Both the position numbers and the translations under genes were made by a program. Shown one piece after another: positions 39,303 to 52,888 of a stretch of DNA of 64,000 bases. Below the pieces are notes generated by a model that saw only the letters and a program-made list of their open reading frames with translations, had not been told where the DNA came from and made no database searches. The stretch's first letter is position 1; each line of letters starts with the position of its first letter. The stretch is from Octopus sinensis. Lineage: Eukaryota. Location: the NCBI RefSeq assembly GCF_006345805.1, contig NC_043001.1, positions 122,636,001 through 122,700,000 of the forward strand, given 5' to 3'.

Positions 39303-40332
39303 TCTTTTATTTGTTTCAGTCATTTGACTGCGGCTATGCTGGAGCAGCAACTTTTAGACGAGCAAATCGACCCCAGGACTTATTCTTTGTAAGCCTAGTA
39401 CTTATTGTATCGGGTAGCTTTTACCGAACCGATAAGTTACGGGGACGTAAACACACCAACATTGGTTGTCAAGTGATGGAGGGGGAACAAACGCAGACCC
39501 ACAAACACACACACATTCATACATATACATATACATACGACATGCTTCTTTCAGTTTCCGTCTACCAAATCCATTCACATGGCTAAGCAAGTTACTTCTG
39601 AGCCGAAATACCCCGATCTAGTCTGTAGATGCCAGACCAGCAAGGGGAAGCGGCTGACCTCCCCTGTTCGAAGGTTATAATGGACACATGTTCGTGTGTC
39701 ACATAGCTAGCTAGATGCGATGGCCTCTTGGAGCTAATCAACGGCAGCATTCGTCCTATTTGCTGCCATGTTAGCTTGGCGATAACTATTGATATCCAGT
39801 ACCGCTGCCGCAGTCTCCTTTAGAGAGATTTATATATATATACACATACATACAAACATATATACACGCAGGCATGGATGTGTGCTAAGAAGCTTGCTTC
39901 CGAACAATACGGTTCCAAGTTCAGTCCCATAGTGTGACAATTCGGGCAAGTGTTTCTTCTATCATAACCTTCGGCCGACCAAACCCTTCTATATATGCGC
40001 AGGGGTGGCTGTGTGGTGTGGTAAGTAGTTTGCTTACCAACCACAGATTACCGTGTTCAGTCCCACTGTGTGGCATATATATATATTTGTATGTCTGTGT
40101 TTGACTCCCCACCATCGCTTGACAACCGATGTTGGTGTGTTTACGTTCCCGTAACTCAGTGGTTCGGTGAAAGACACCAATAGAATAAGTACTAGTCTTA
40201 CAAAGAATAACTCCTGGGGTCGATTTGTTCGACTAAAACCCTTCAAAGCGCTGCCCCAACATAGCCGCAATAAAAAAAATGAACGAAGTAAAGGATAAAA
40301 CGGTAAAAGATACACAAGCAGAGAGGAGAGAG

Positions 40333-40366
<34 letters not shown>

Positions 40367-40937
40367 AAGTGGCCGGTAGGGGGCTTTCTTGCTAACTAGA
40401 TGCCTCGTTGTGATGCAAGAAAATATCAAGAAAGCTGGCTGTTCAGGTTTGGTTATTTTCGCCAACCACTCAACGTACACTGTGCTCTTTATTTAGTGCC
40501 AGCTGCCTGTAAACAAACAATAATAACTGTCCGTCTTATCATTGTATTATATATATTCCATTATAGTTTTATTTTATATTTTGATACCTACTTTCTCTCA
40601 TTGCATGTATGTGTGCGCGCGCCTGTGTGTGTATGTGTATTGCTATACATACATAATACATACATACATACATACATACATACATACATACATACATACA
40701 ACATACATACATACATACATACATACATAGGTGTGTGTGGTGTATATATATCTTATATTATGTATGCATGTATATATGTATGTATAATGAATATACATAA
40801 ATAAGTATATTATATATATATATATATTATATATTATATATATATATATGATATATAGAATATATATATATATATATAGAATATATACATATATTGTATA
40901 TGTGTGCACAATGTATATATATATATATATCTAAATA

Positions 40938-41259
40938 ATTGCAGCGTGGAAGGTGTTGTAAGCCATTTAAGAACACACAAAAGCCGTTCGATTCACTTCA
41001 ACATTTAAGTTTAATTGTCAAAATATTTTCGTCGCTAAAATCCGCGACCGTTCACTGACAAAAATCGTGCTGCATCTCAGTGAACAGGTCGCGGATTTTA
41101 GCGACGAAAAATTTTTGACAAATTAAACTTAAATGTTGAAGTGAATCGAACGGCTTTTGTGTGTTTCTTAAATGGCTTACAAACACCTTCACGCTGCAAT
41201 TGTTTTCGTTCCAGCACACGATCTCAGATCAAATCACTTGCTATGCGAGTACATCTCCG

Positions 41260-41260
<1 letters not shown>
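40938..41260 (+). mobile_element. Palindromic element family P, copy 1 (arms 40938-41058 / 41077-41200 plus ~60-nt unique tail)
   Basis: Inverted arms, embedded in (TA)n. A second copy with the same boundaries lies at 50298-50626. Confidence 0.9.
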
Positions 41261-41318
<58 letters not shown>

Positions 41319-41639
41319 ATGTATATGTGTGCACAATGTATATATATATATATATTCGCAATGTTGATTCGCTAGCTTCTGCACGCATTTTTTTCTCTCC
41401 TTGTTTCTCTCCGTGTTTCTTTTCTGTGTATCTTTCTGTTGAAGAACGTAGGCTCGAAACGTAAAAGACTTGTTTTATTTTATATTCCTGAGCGCCATAC
41501 TAATACAATTGTTGTTTGTATTCCACCTGCCTTCGTCTTTTGTTTATTTTCATAAAGCTTCCCGTTATATATATATATATATATATGTATATGTATATAT
41601 AGATATATATACATATATATGTATATGTGTGCACAATGT

Positions 41640-42104
41640 TGTCTGCTCTTTCAGTTGAGATGTCCAGTCTCTCGGTTATCTGACGACATGATATTCAGCG
41701 ATCTTGCATTATCATACCACGAGCAAAGTCAACGTTGTCCTTAGTGGTTGCAGTTGGAGGTCTCCCTGGACTGGGGTATCATCTTCCACACTCTCCCTGC
41801 CACGCTTAAATTCGTTTACCTAACGTTTGACAGTTGCATATAAAGGAGCATTGTCTATTAAGGTTCTCACTATATCTTCATGGATTTCTGATGGAGTCAT
41901 GCCTTTCAAATGAAGGTTATTTATTACAGCACGATACTCAGTTTTCTCCATTTTCCTTGTAACCTCGACACCTGTTTATTCAAAAATCTCAACAAAAAAA
42001 AAAATAAATAAATAAAAATTAAATGTCAGAATCATGAAAATGAGCAAGAATACTCCGAATAGACTGCACTTACTAGAAAAAAAAAAGGTTTCATACACCC
42101 CTCG
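41640..42104 (-). pseudogene. Mariner transposase 5' relic with left TIR
   Basis: TA|CGAGGGGTGTATGAAA end at 42104. ATG at 41951: MEKTEYRAVINNLHLKGMTPSEIHEDIVRTLIDNAPLYATVKR*VNEFKRGRESVEDD, a mariner HTH N-terminus with a stop and a frameshift. Confidence 0.85.
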
Positions 42105-42328
42105 TATAAATGTTGCCAAAGTAACGAAGCTAAAGCCACTTGACCAAGATTGACCTTGAACTCTGCTGTGCGTGTACACTGAATTTTAACGTTCTAGCTC
42201 AGTTCTGCTGTTTACAGCAGTGCTTGGAAGTAACGTGTGTAGTGTGGGTTCGTCGCATTGACCATAACAGTAAGAAGTTAAGCAGAGAATCTGCGTGAGA
42301 TTTTGTCAAAAGCTTGGCGATACCTGCT

Positions 42329-42373
<45 letters not shown>

Positions 42374-42481
42374 TGTGTATAAAGTTAATCCAAACATGAA
42401 AACACAAAGAGAAAACACAGCAACGCGAGGACGTGGAACAAGTATAGTGTGTTTGGACGCTCAGGAAAGGAAAGAAGGAAG

Positions 42482-42516
42482 ATTTAACGTTTCGAGCGGA
42501 GCTCTTCGTCAGAAAC
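42482..42516 (-). ncRNA. Minimal type I hammerhead ribozyme motif (Penelope-like)
   Basis: GTTT-CTGACGA-A-GAGC-TCC-GCTC-GAAA-CG-TT-AAAT, with canonical core boxes, stem II and a short stem I. Confidence 0.6.
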
Positions 42517-42581
42517 ATAGAAAAAGGAAAGATCCAAGGGAGGGAAGACGGAGGAAAGAATCGCCAACGATACACACGCGG

Positions 42582-42643
<62 letters not shown>

Positions 42644-42705
42644 TCACCATGATAGATCGTTAGCCACTACACACATTTTTTTCTCTCCTTGATTTTTCTG
42701 TGTCC

Positions 42706-42741
42706 CTTTCTGTAGAAGAGCGTAGGCTCGAAACGTAAAAG
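42706..42741 (+). ncRNA. Hammerhead-like motif with variant core CTGTAGA (sister copies at 41432-41467 + and 48618-48653 -)
   Basis: CTTT-CTGTAGA-A-GAGC-GTAG-GCTC-GAAA-CG-TA-AAAG, inside a ~190-bp repeat next to microsatellites. Confidence 0.5.
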
Positions 42742-42830
42742 ACTTTTTCTATTCCTGAGCGTTATACAAATACATCTGTTTGTTTTGTACACCACCTGTC
42801 TTCGTCTTTTGTTTTTTTCGTAAACTCTCG

Positions 42831-42871
<41 letters not shown>

Positions 42872-43593
42872 CATACACATATGGCTAGCTCAGTTTTTTT
42901 CTTATTATTCTGCCTGTGTATACTCATTTTCACTTTTTCTTAGTACTGCCAGAATTGGCTGTTCATAAAATTTTAAAACTTATCGCTAAGGCAGCGATTT
43001 TCACTTCTTGGAAACCTCTCCACGCCTTACCTTTTCCCCTCTTATTTTGTTTATCTCTGCAACTATCTTTACAATATTTTTATAGCTTTTTCTCCCACTT
43101 TTATTTTTAAATATTTCTTTCTATTTCTTTCTTTTATTTTTTTATATTGCTTTCTTTCTTCTTTTTTTCTTCTTTCTTTCTCTCTCTTTCTTTCATTTTT
43201 TTTTCCTTTCCTTTCTCCTGTGAATGTTGTTCATTAAAAACGTGTCACTGGATGCTTTCTTATTTCATATTCTGAGAATTATCTATTTCAGAAGTGTAAA
43301 CCAAAGTACTTAGCATACATAGAACTGTTTCGTGTTTTCTATTGTCGAAAAACTGGGTGGTTGGTGGGTGGGTGTAAATGAGACAGTGGTGGTGGTGGTA
43401 GTGATGGTATTAGATGAGAAAGAGGAAGTTGGGGAGGGAGAAGGTTGTTGTTGTTGTTGTTAGTGGTGTGATGGTAGTAGAGGCGGTGAACGAGGAGCAT
43501 TGTTTCCTCGTCACTGTTCGGCTTGGGAAAAAATTATATTTGAGTATGTGTATGTGTGTGTGTACATACATGTATGTATGTATACACACACAG

Positions 43594-43625
<32 letters not shown>

Positions 43626-45226
43626 GTATACACATACAATATGTATATATATATATACATACATATATACATATATGCGTACGTATACACACACATATAC
43701 ATATGCATTATGTATTATGTATATATATATATATATATATAAGACATATATATATACATATATATATATATGTATATATATAAGACATATATATATATAT
43801 ATATATATACACTCATATATATATTTATATATATATGTATATGTATAAATAGTAATATATATAGAAAAATATACTATACATATATATAGAAATATATACT
43901 ATACATATATATATGTGTCTGTGTATGTATATATATTTATATATATACACACACACATATACATACATACCTATATATAAATAGACGATCGCATGCAAAC
44001 CTACAAGTGAATCGATGTTATATTGATACTCCCCCGCCTTATTACGGCAACTGTTCTCATATATCTATTTGAGTTTGTTCGCTATTAATAAACGGACACA
44101 AGATTGTTACCTTCCGGTTCTCTTCTAGAAGAGGGCCGTGAATACACAATGTCGCACCTCACCTCTGGAAGCCTCAAATGTCTTTCATATGTCGCTCTAT
44201 CGTAAATACATTTCCTACAATTCATTCATGTATTTCACTTCAACAAAGAAAACGTTGTCTTAGTATTGATAGAATGGGTTGGTTGCAATGATGGCTGAAC
44301 CGATTTAAATCAGAATCTAACACATACGTGCATTCTTACATACACACACAGATGTATTCACGCACGCACGCAAGCAAACCCCCACACGCGCGCTTATATT
44401 CTTGTGTAAACTCACTACGTCTGAGAAACATTGTGGTTTAGTCCACTTTTTTTAGGATTATATAAAACAACATTATCCAATGTGTAATTTCCTTATTCAT
44501 ATTTATGAAGGGTGTGAGTTCGTGGAGATTTGGCTGTTATGTCTTGCAAATCGAGTGACCTAATATATGCTCCTTCATTGGCTCGTTCTGAGAAAAACTT
44601 AATTTACCTCTGCTGCTGCTGTTGTTGTTGATTTTAAGCAATACAGGTAAGGGTGATTAGGTGATGGTCTAGGGCTTAGGGGTGGGAGACCCCGGACCTT
44701 GGAAAAAAAAAACTTTGGTTGTCTTGTAGTCGAGGGCTCTTCGTTGACACCCGACACCACTGGGAGGTGGCCCTCGAAATCGCTGGAAATGGAGATTTTC
44801 AGGTCCAAATTCTTGAACGGCAGCTGCTGCTGCTGTTGTTATTTAACCCCAGGTTAACCCTGGCAGAACTGATTTGCCATTGTTTAACTCCAGTTCAATG
44901 CTGATCGAACCAACAACTGTCTTGACTACATTTTGCCTCAGAACGAAGAGAATCTTTCATTTGCTTTAGAAATTAGGTCTATATAAAAAGGGACAATACC
45001 AATGGTATTTACAAGTCTCTTTTACTCTTTTACTCTTTTACTTGTTTCTGTCATTTGATTGCGGCCATGCTGGAGCACCTCCTTTAGTCGAGCAAATCGA
45101 CTCCAGGACTTATTCTTTGTAAGCCAAGTACTTATTCTATCGATCTCTTTTGCCGAACCGCTAAGTTACGGGTACGTAAACACTGGGGGGACAAACACAG
45201 ACACACACACACATACACACATACAC

Positions 45227-45257
<31 letters not shown>

Positions 45258-45883
45258 ACATACATACATATATATTTACATACGACAGGCTTCTTTCAGT
45301 TTCAGTCTACCAAATCCACTCACAAGGCTTTGGTCCTCCCGAGGATATAGTAGAAGACACTTGCCCTAGGTGCCACGCAGTGGGACTGAACCCGGAACCA
45401 TTGGTTGGTAAGCAAGCTACTTACCACACAGCCACTCCTGCGCCTATAAGTTACGCAGTCGAAGGGCTGATGCTTCTTTTGAACTTTCTACTATCAGCAT
45501 TTCTGCTGCAATAATGGCCTCTGCTCCTCTGGGCTGATTGTGATCATACCACTTCCATTTAGGATCGTCAGTCACACTCGTCTCCCTCTTTTTCGCATTA
45601 ACTTTGTTGCTTTCTCATGAATCCCTACACCCAATCCTTCCTTCTTACTCAGCATTTCGACCGGCTTCGCTCATTTTCCTGGAAGCGTTTACTTGCAACA
45701 GTGCAAGAGAAACATTAATAACACAAATCTTGCTGATCCTGGGGAATCAGACAAGTCGAAGGGCACTGTCCCTGCCTGCAGCCCAAGCAAGTAGAAAATT
45801 GCATATGCAACACAAGATTTTCACAAGTTCTATGAATAGAACCTATAATATCTTTCATAACAAACAAGTCTCGACAAACAATA

Positions 45884-46446
45884 CTTTTCTACTCTAGGCA
45901 CAAGACCCAAAATTTTGGGGGAGGGGCCACGACCCCAGTACGCAACTGGTACTTAATTTATCGACCCCGAAAGGATGAAATTCAAAGTCGACCTAGGCGA
46001 AATTTCAACTCAGAACGTATAGACAGTCAAAATACCTATTTCTTTACTGCCCACAAGGGGCTACACACAGAGGGGACAAACAAAGACAGACAAACGGATT
46101 AAGTCGACTATATCGATCCCAGTGCGTAACTGGTACTTATTTAATCGACCCCGAAAGGATGAAAGGTAAAGTTGATCTCGGCGGAATTTGAACTCAGAAC
46201 GTAGCGGCAGGCGAAAATACCTATTTCTTTACTACCCACAAGGGGCTAAACACAGAGAGGACAAACAAGGACAGACAAACGGATTAAGTCGATTACATCG
46301 ACCCTAGTGCGTAACTGGTACTTATTTATCGACTCCGAAAGGATGATAGGCAAAGTCGAACTCGGCAGAATTTGAACTCAGAACGTAACGGCAGACGAAA
46401 TACGGCTACGCATTTCGCCCGGTGTGCTAACGTTTCTGCCAGCTCG
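45884..46446 (-). mobile_element. SINE-A trimer with T2 terminal tail
   Basis: Three units. Imperfect flanking direct repeat GTCTCGACAAACAATA / GTCTTAACAAGCAATA. Confidence 0.85.
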
Positions 46447-47300
46447 TCTTAACAAGCAATAACAAATCAGTTTCTCCACTACACCTATCATAAAAACACA
46501 TCTGTGACATTACACCTTTTTTTTTTTTGCGCATGAAAATAGTTCTCATTTAATTATCTCCATGCAAATGACAGGCCTGACAATCTTTGCAGCAGCTGCA
46601 CGCCCAGAAATCCTTGACAGCTTGCAGAAAATGGCAACCTAACTGAAAAGCATAAAATTCGCATATAGACACGCTCCAGGCTCTAGCCAAGGGTATGCTA
46701 TCTTTTCTCGCTACGTTATCTACGATTACTATAATGATCCCTGCCCTTCGGACCTGACTGGGCTCGTGCCATCTCTACTCATATATTCCAGTCCCATTCA
46801 AGCAATGTACCTGTCTTTAACACTTGCAAAAACTACAATCAGTGCACATTCGGCGGAATAAATAACAAAGCAAACAAGAATATGGTATGAAGAGTTTTAA
46901 GTGCCTTAGAACCTGTGACAGTACCAGTTGATAGAATGTGGTCATTAGCCATCCTGTTCCCTTGGCCATCATGACTAGAGCCCCCATGATGAGAGTACCT
47001 ATAAAGCTGTAGTAATGTAAGCAATATAAAAGTAAACCTTTACCCTGCTGTAGTATATCTATCTTCGTTTATCACTGGTCTTTGGTTAAAAAAATCACCA
47101 TGTTAAATGAACCAATGATAACTGAATACTAAAACATATGGAGGAAAATAGGTTTCGTTTTGAGACCCCAAGTTGCTCTGAACATTCTGGATGGTCACTA
47201 AGGCACGCTTTGGCGGTAAAACAGAATCTTTCATTGATCGCCGACCTATGTTATCACAGATCAATTTCTGATAAGTATAACACGATTCACAATTGAGCGT

Positions 47301-47375
47301 ATCGTGTTACATGGATCTGTTATGAGTTGTGTTACATGGATCTGTTATGAATCGTGTTACATGGATCTGTTATGA
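47301..47375. repeat. 25-bp minisatellite x3
   Basis: (ATCGTGTTACATGGATCTGTTATGA) x3, middle unit with 2 substitutions. Confidence 0.95.
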
Positions 47376-48454
47376 ATGAATCATGGAGAGGATAGACGTA
47401 CATGAGCAAAACCTCATATATCAAGATTTTGGTATAATTTTGACAGTTTTTTACTTTTGAATAACAAATCTCAACTTTAGTCTAGGACTTCGATATCTAT
47501 TTGTCGTTCAAACTAGCCAACATTCTTGCTCAGCCAATGAGTCAAATCTCTTTTGGTTGTTCAGCAATGCATATTAATATACATTAGTGATTTTTTGCTT
47601 GTATTATATAGACGAGTTTATGCATTAACTGTTTAATTTATTGGAAACGTGGTTGGCTACACGACACAACAGATCTCTCAGTTCAACGAGCAGTGATCTT
47701 TTCGCTAACGCCAGCTGCTTGTTCTCTAAAGACAACCTACGTATTTCGCGCACTTATGCAAGCAGTCGATATATTTATTGTTAAGTGTGACAGGGTTTAC
47801 GTACGTAAACTCGGGCCGTTCGTCGAGTGAATGTGCTTGTATGTTTGTGAGCTGTGAGCGTGCATGCGTGCGTGTATGTGTATGTGTGTGTATGTGTATG
47901 TGTGTGTGGCCACGGCTGTTGTACATTATATAGACAACGCTGTTATTTGGTGCTTCAATATATCTAGTCCATTGAGTTTTATATAAAACATCTATTGTAC
48001 ATATACTTTTCTTGATCCATTGAAACATACAAATATATATAATCTTTTTTAACCGTCTTTTATTGCTTATTCGGAAGGTTTTACGTTCTTCTCTTCATTA
48101 TTTGTCAAGAATACAAACATTAACATTTGAGTACATACACAGTACTGTCATTGATAACATAGCACTTGAAAAAAAAAGAGAATAAGAAAAGAAAAACAGA
48201 CGCATAATAGATGAGGTTGAAATGAAGTAGTCTAGCATGTCCAGTATGCTAAAGGTTCAACTTACTAAATAGATAAGATTGTAAACAATGGTAGCGAGCA
48301 GTGCAAAAATGAGGTGAGTCTGTTAATATTTTACATGAACGATAAAAGCTCAAGTGAAACCCGTAACGACATATTGCTCATACATCAATTCGTGATCAGT
48401 GTTGAGTGTGCCGTGTTACTTGGAACAATGATCATTGAATCAGTGATAAACGAG

Positions 48455-48531
<77 letters not shown>

Positions 48532-50297
48532 TGTGAGAATTTACAAAAAACAAAAGACGAAGACGGGTGTGTAAACAACAAACAGATATATCAGTTTAAC
48601 GGTCGGGAAGTGAGAGACTTTTACGCTTCGAGCCTACGCTCTTCGACAGAAAGGAACACAGAAATAAACAGGGAGAGAAAATAGAAAAGGTTGACTACTA
48701 CACATCGAAGCAGTTACGCATTCAAAGGTTTTTGATGTATTCCAAAGAAGGTTCTCTTGCTAATTGACAAATATTCTTTTTACCCTAGGCATAAGGCCCG
48801 AAATTTTGGGGGAGGGGGCCAGTCGATTAGATCGACGCCAGTACGCAACTAGTACTTAATTTATCGACCCCGAAAGGATAAAAGGCTCACACATCAATGC
48901 ACTACCAGCTTTAACTATTAGATATACTCGCTTCTACCGATTGATATTCTTTTCTACTCAAGGCACAAGGCCCGAACTTTTGGGGGAGGGGACCAGTCGA
49001 TTAGATCGAACCCAGTACGCAACCTGTACTTAATTTATCGACCCCTAAAGGATGTCATTGTCCTCAGAACGGAACAGTCTGCTCATGAAATTAACATGGA
49101 AGTAGCTGAGCTCACCACAGATACGTTTATCCATAACGTAGTTCTCAGGGAGTCTCGGCGCGACACAGAATGTGCAAGGCTGGCCCTTTGAATAACAGGT
49201 ACAACCAAATTTTGCAAGCTGAGTGGACAGGAGCAACGTAAAATAAACTGTCTGACTGAGGGGCACAACGCACAGCCGGGAATTGAACCCACGCCCTCGC
49301 GATTGTGAGTCGAATTCCTTAACCACTAAGCCACAGTTGAATATCACAATAGTGGTTGATGAATAAGGTACAAGGCTCACAATTTTGAGGGGAAGGGATC
49401 AATCGATATCATTGACACATTGTATTTGACGGATATTTTATTTTATCGATGCTGAAAGCAGTGAAAAGCAAGGTTGCTCTCTGAAGGTTCGAACACAGAA
49501 TATAAAGTGCTAGAAGAAACACTGCGTAATAATCGTACTGATGTTCTAACAATTCTGCCATCTCACTGCCCTCGTGGGGCTAAGTAATCCTTTCTGCTAT
49601 TTTTGAAATGTTGGATTCCATCCATTCAATTATCCATCCATCTATTCATTCATCCACCAATTCATCCATCTGTTCATCCATTCATCTATTCATTCATCCG
49701 TCTGTCTGTTCGTCAGTCCATCCATCCATCCATCCAGCCATCCATCCATCCATCCAGCCATCCATCCATCCAGCCAGCCATCCAGCCAGCCATCCAGCCA
49801 TCCATCCAGCCAGCCAGCCAGCCAGCCGAAATGTATACAACTCAAATGTATACAAATGCTAAATGCATACAACTGAGTCTGCATGGTTGGCGGCAAAAGC
49901 ATAACAAAACTGGAAGGGAACGGTAGCTAGATCGATTCGGGAACAGCAGATGTAATAAAAGACTAAGTGAAATGCTTGCATTTGAACTTCAACCAAGACA
50001 AAATCTGACCCAGATTCTATCTGGCAGAGCAGGCTTGTCGGGATTTTCCAAACACTAAAGAACCGGTAGTTCGTAAGAAGAAACTAAGGTGGTCAGCACA
50101 TCACTGAGTCAATGTAACCAACTAAGTCGTGGTCCGTGGCTGGAACCGGTCCGCTAACCATCAGCTGCCAGTACGTGGCGAGTTTCCAGAAAAGAAAGAA
50201 ACATTATAAAAATCTTATGTAATTATTGTATCTTTTGTTTACAAAATAAACACATGATAAAAAAAAAAATTGAACTTTTATTATATTCACTATATAT

Positions 50298-50626
50298 ATT
50301 GCAGCGTGGAAGGTGTTTATAAGCCATTTAAGAAACACAAAAACCGTTAGATTCACTTAAACATATAAATTTAATTTGTCAAAATATTTTCGTCGCTTTG
50401 AGACCGCGACCTGTTAACTGACAAAATTTCGTGCTGCATCTTGTCAGTGAACAGGTCGCGGTCTCAAAGCGATGAAAATATTTTGACAAATTAAATTTAA
50501 ATGTCGAAGTGAATCTAACGTTTTTTGTGTGTTTCTTAAATGGCTTATAAACACCTTCCACGCTGCAATTGTTTTCATTCCAGCACACGATCTCAGATCA
50601 AGTCACTCGCTATGCAAGTACATCTC
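50298..50626 (+). mobile_element. Palindromic element family P, copy 2 (arms 50298-50424 / 50441-50569 plus tail)
   Basis: Same start ATTGCAGCGTGG, spacer and 3' tail as 40938-41260. Confidence 0.9.
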
Positions 50627-51200
50627 TATAAAATATATTTATTGTTTCCGGTATAAATTAATATTAATAAGAAATATTACCGGTTCCTGGCACACTGGAA
50701 AAAACAGAAATTGCCGGTACGCCACATCGGATAGTTTGAGAAGCACTGCTTTAGATGACGGTGGTCCAGAAGAACGATAATTCAATGACTAAAACACCAA
50801 TAAAGGAATGAAAACATGTTTTAAAATTCCATGATCGTGTCAGCAAATTTGTACTATAAGATTTACTATATATCATATATAAAAGTTTTCAGATTACAAT
50901 ATCAATATTTATGCATATTCTTATCGCTCCAAACACGTATAATATTACAATAATATTATACAAGTATGTATGTATGTATGTATGTATGTATGTATGTATG
51001 TATGTATGTATGTTGTATGTATGTATGAATGCATGTATGTATGTATGTATGTATGTATGTATGTATGTATGTATGTATGTATGTATGTATGGATGGATGG
51101 ATGGATGGATGTGTTTGTATGTATGTATATATGGCTCGTATACAAGAAAACAGGTAAGATGTATGTCTATCTGTCCGTATGTATGTATGTGATGATGATG

Positions 51201-51257
<57 letters not shown>

Positions 51258-51353
51258 TTTACCCCAGTGTCACTTTGATGGCATGCACTGCTCTCTCACT
51301 CAATAATAATAATAACAATAATAATAATAATTTATAATATATACAATATCTAT

Positions 51354-51476
<123 letters not shown>

Positions 51477-51639
51477 GATAATATATATATAGATATATGT
51501 AATATATATATATTATGTATATATAAATATAATATTATATATTATCATACATATGTATATGGCAACATGACCATTTCTAAATACACATATATATATATAT
51601 ATATATATATCTATATATATATGTATTAATATATATATA

Positions 51640-51697
<58 letters not shown>

Positions 51698-51825
51698 TTG
51701 TGTGTTTTGTGTGTGTGTTGTGTGTATGAATACGTGTGTATATATATATTATACAAATATGCACAAAACATAAACACACACATATACACTCGCAAACAAC
51801 ACACACATATATATTATTCCTATAT

Positions 51826-51860
<35 letters not shown>

Positions 51861-52417
51861 GCATGTACGTGCATATGTATATACAAGAAAATATGACACA
51901 ATCAAACAAGCAAGCCGCTATCAGTTATAAGAAACGTAAAAAAACTTCAGCTTAGAAGTACTAAAGCTGAACTTTCGTAAGAAACAAGCGGATGGCGGGA
52001 ATTTGGTAAAACAAGCACTTCTTGAATTCATATGGTGAATTTGATCTGTCAAGCAGAAACTAAGCAAAGCGGTTATAATTACGTTGTTCCGTAGTGTTTA
52101 TACAAACATTAAGCAAGTACTGATGTTGTTCCATAGTGTTTATATAAACATCAGGTAAGCACTACGAATTGATAAACAGTGAAATTCAGAGTTCAGCATA
52201 TCGCTTACGTTATTTTAATGGTATCTTCGTTTGCACCAAGCGCCCTTATTAGCCTTTTCCTACACCGATGATAACAATCCATAAATTGGAATGTCAGACT
52301 ATCTATTTATCTTAGTGCATTAATACCCCAACGAAATACATATTATTTTCATTGCATAGCATATACTTTTGCTTTTTATTTTAACACATTCACTTCACTC
52401 TACATCCCATGCCCACG

Positions 52418-52455
<38 letters not shown>

Positions 52456-52481
52456 ATTATATATATATATATATAATATAC

Positions 52482-52556
<75 letters not shown>

Positions 52557-52752
52557 ATAATACAATATATATACATTATAAACAAATATATGATATGTAT
52601 GTATGTATACGATATGTATATGTATATATATACATATATTTATATATATATAACATGTATATATATATCTATATTATAATAGATATATATATACTATCGT
52701 ATACATACATAACATACATTATACAATATTGTTTTACATGTATATAATATAG

Positions 52753-52791
<39 letters not shown>

Positions 52792-52828
52792 GTTTATATA
52801 TACATATATATGTTTATACATACATACA

Positions 52829-52888
<60 letters not shown>

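Noticed and set aside
50125-50749. hAT element surrounding family P copy 2
   Set aside because: Only the right TIR-like end (GTTTGAGAAGCACTG) was found. No left TIR or TSD.
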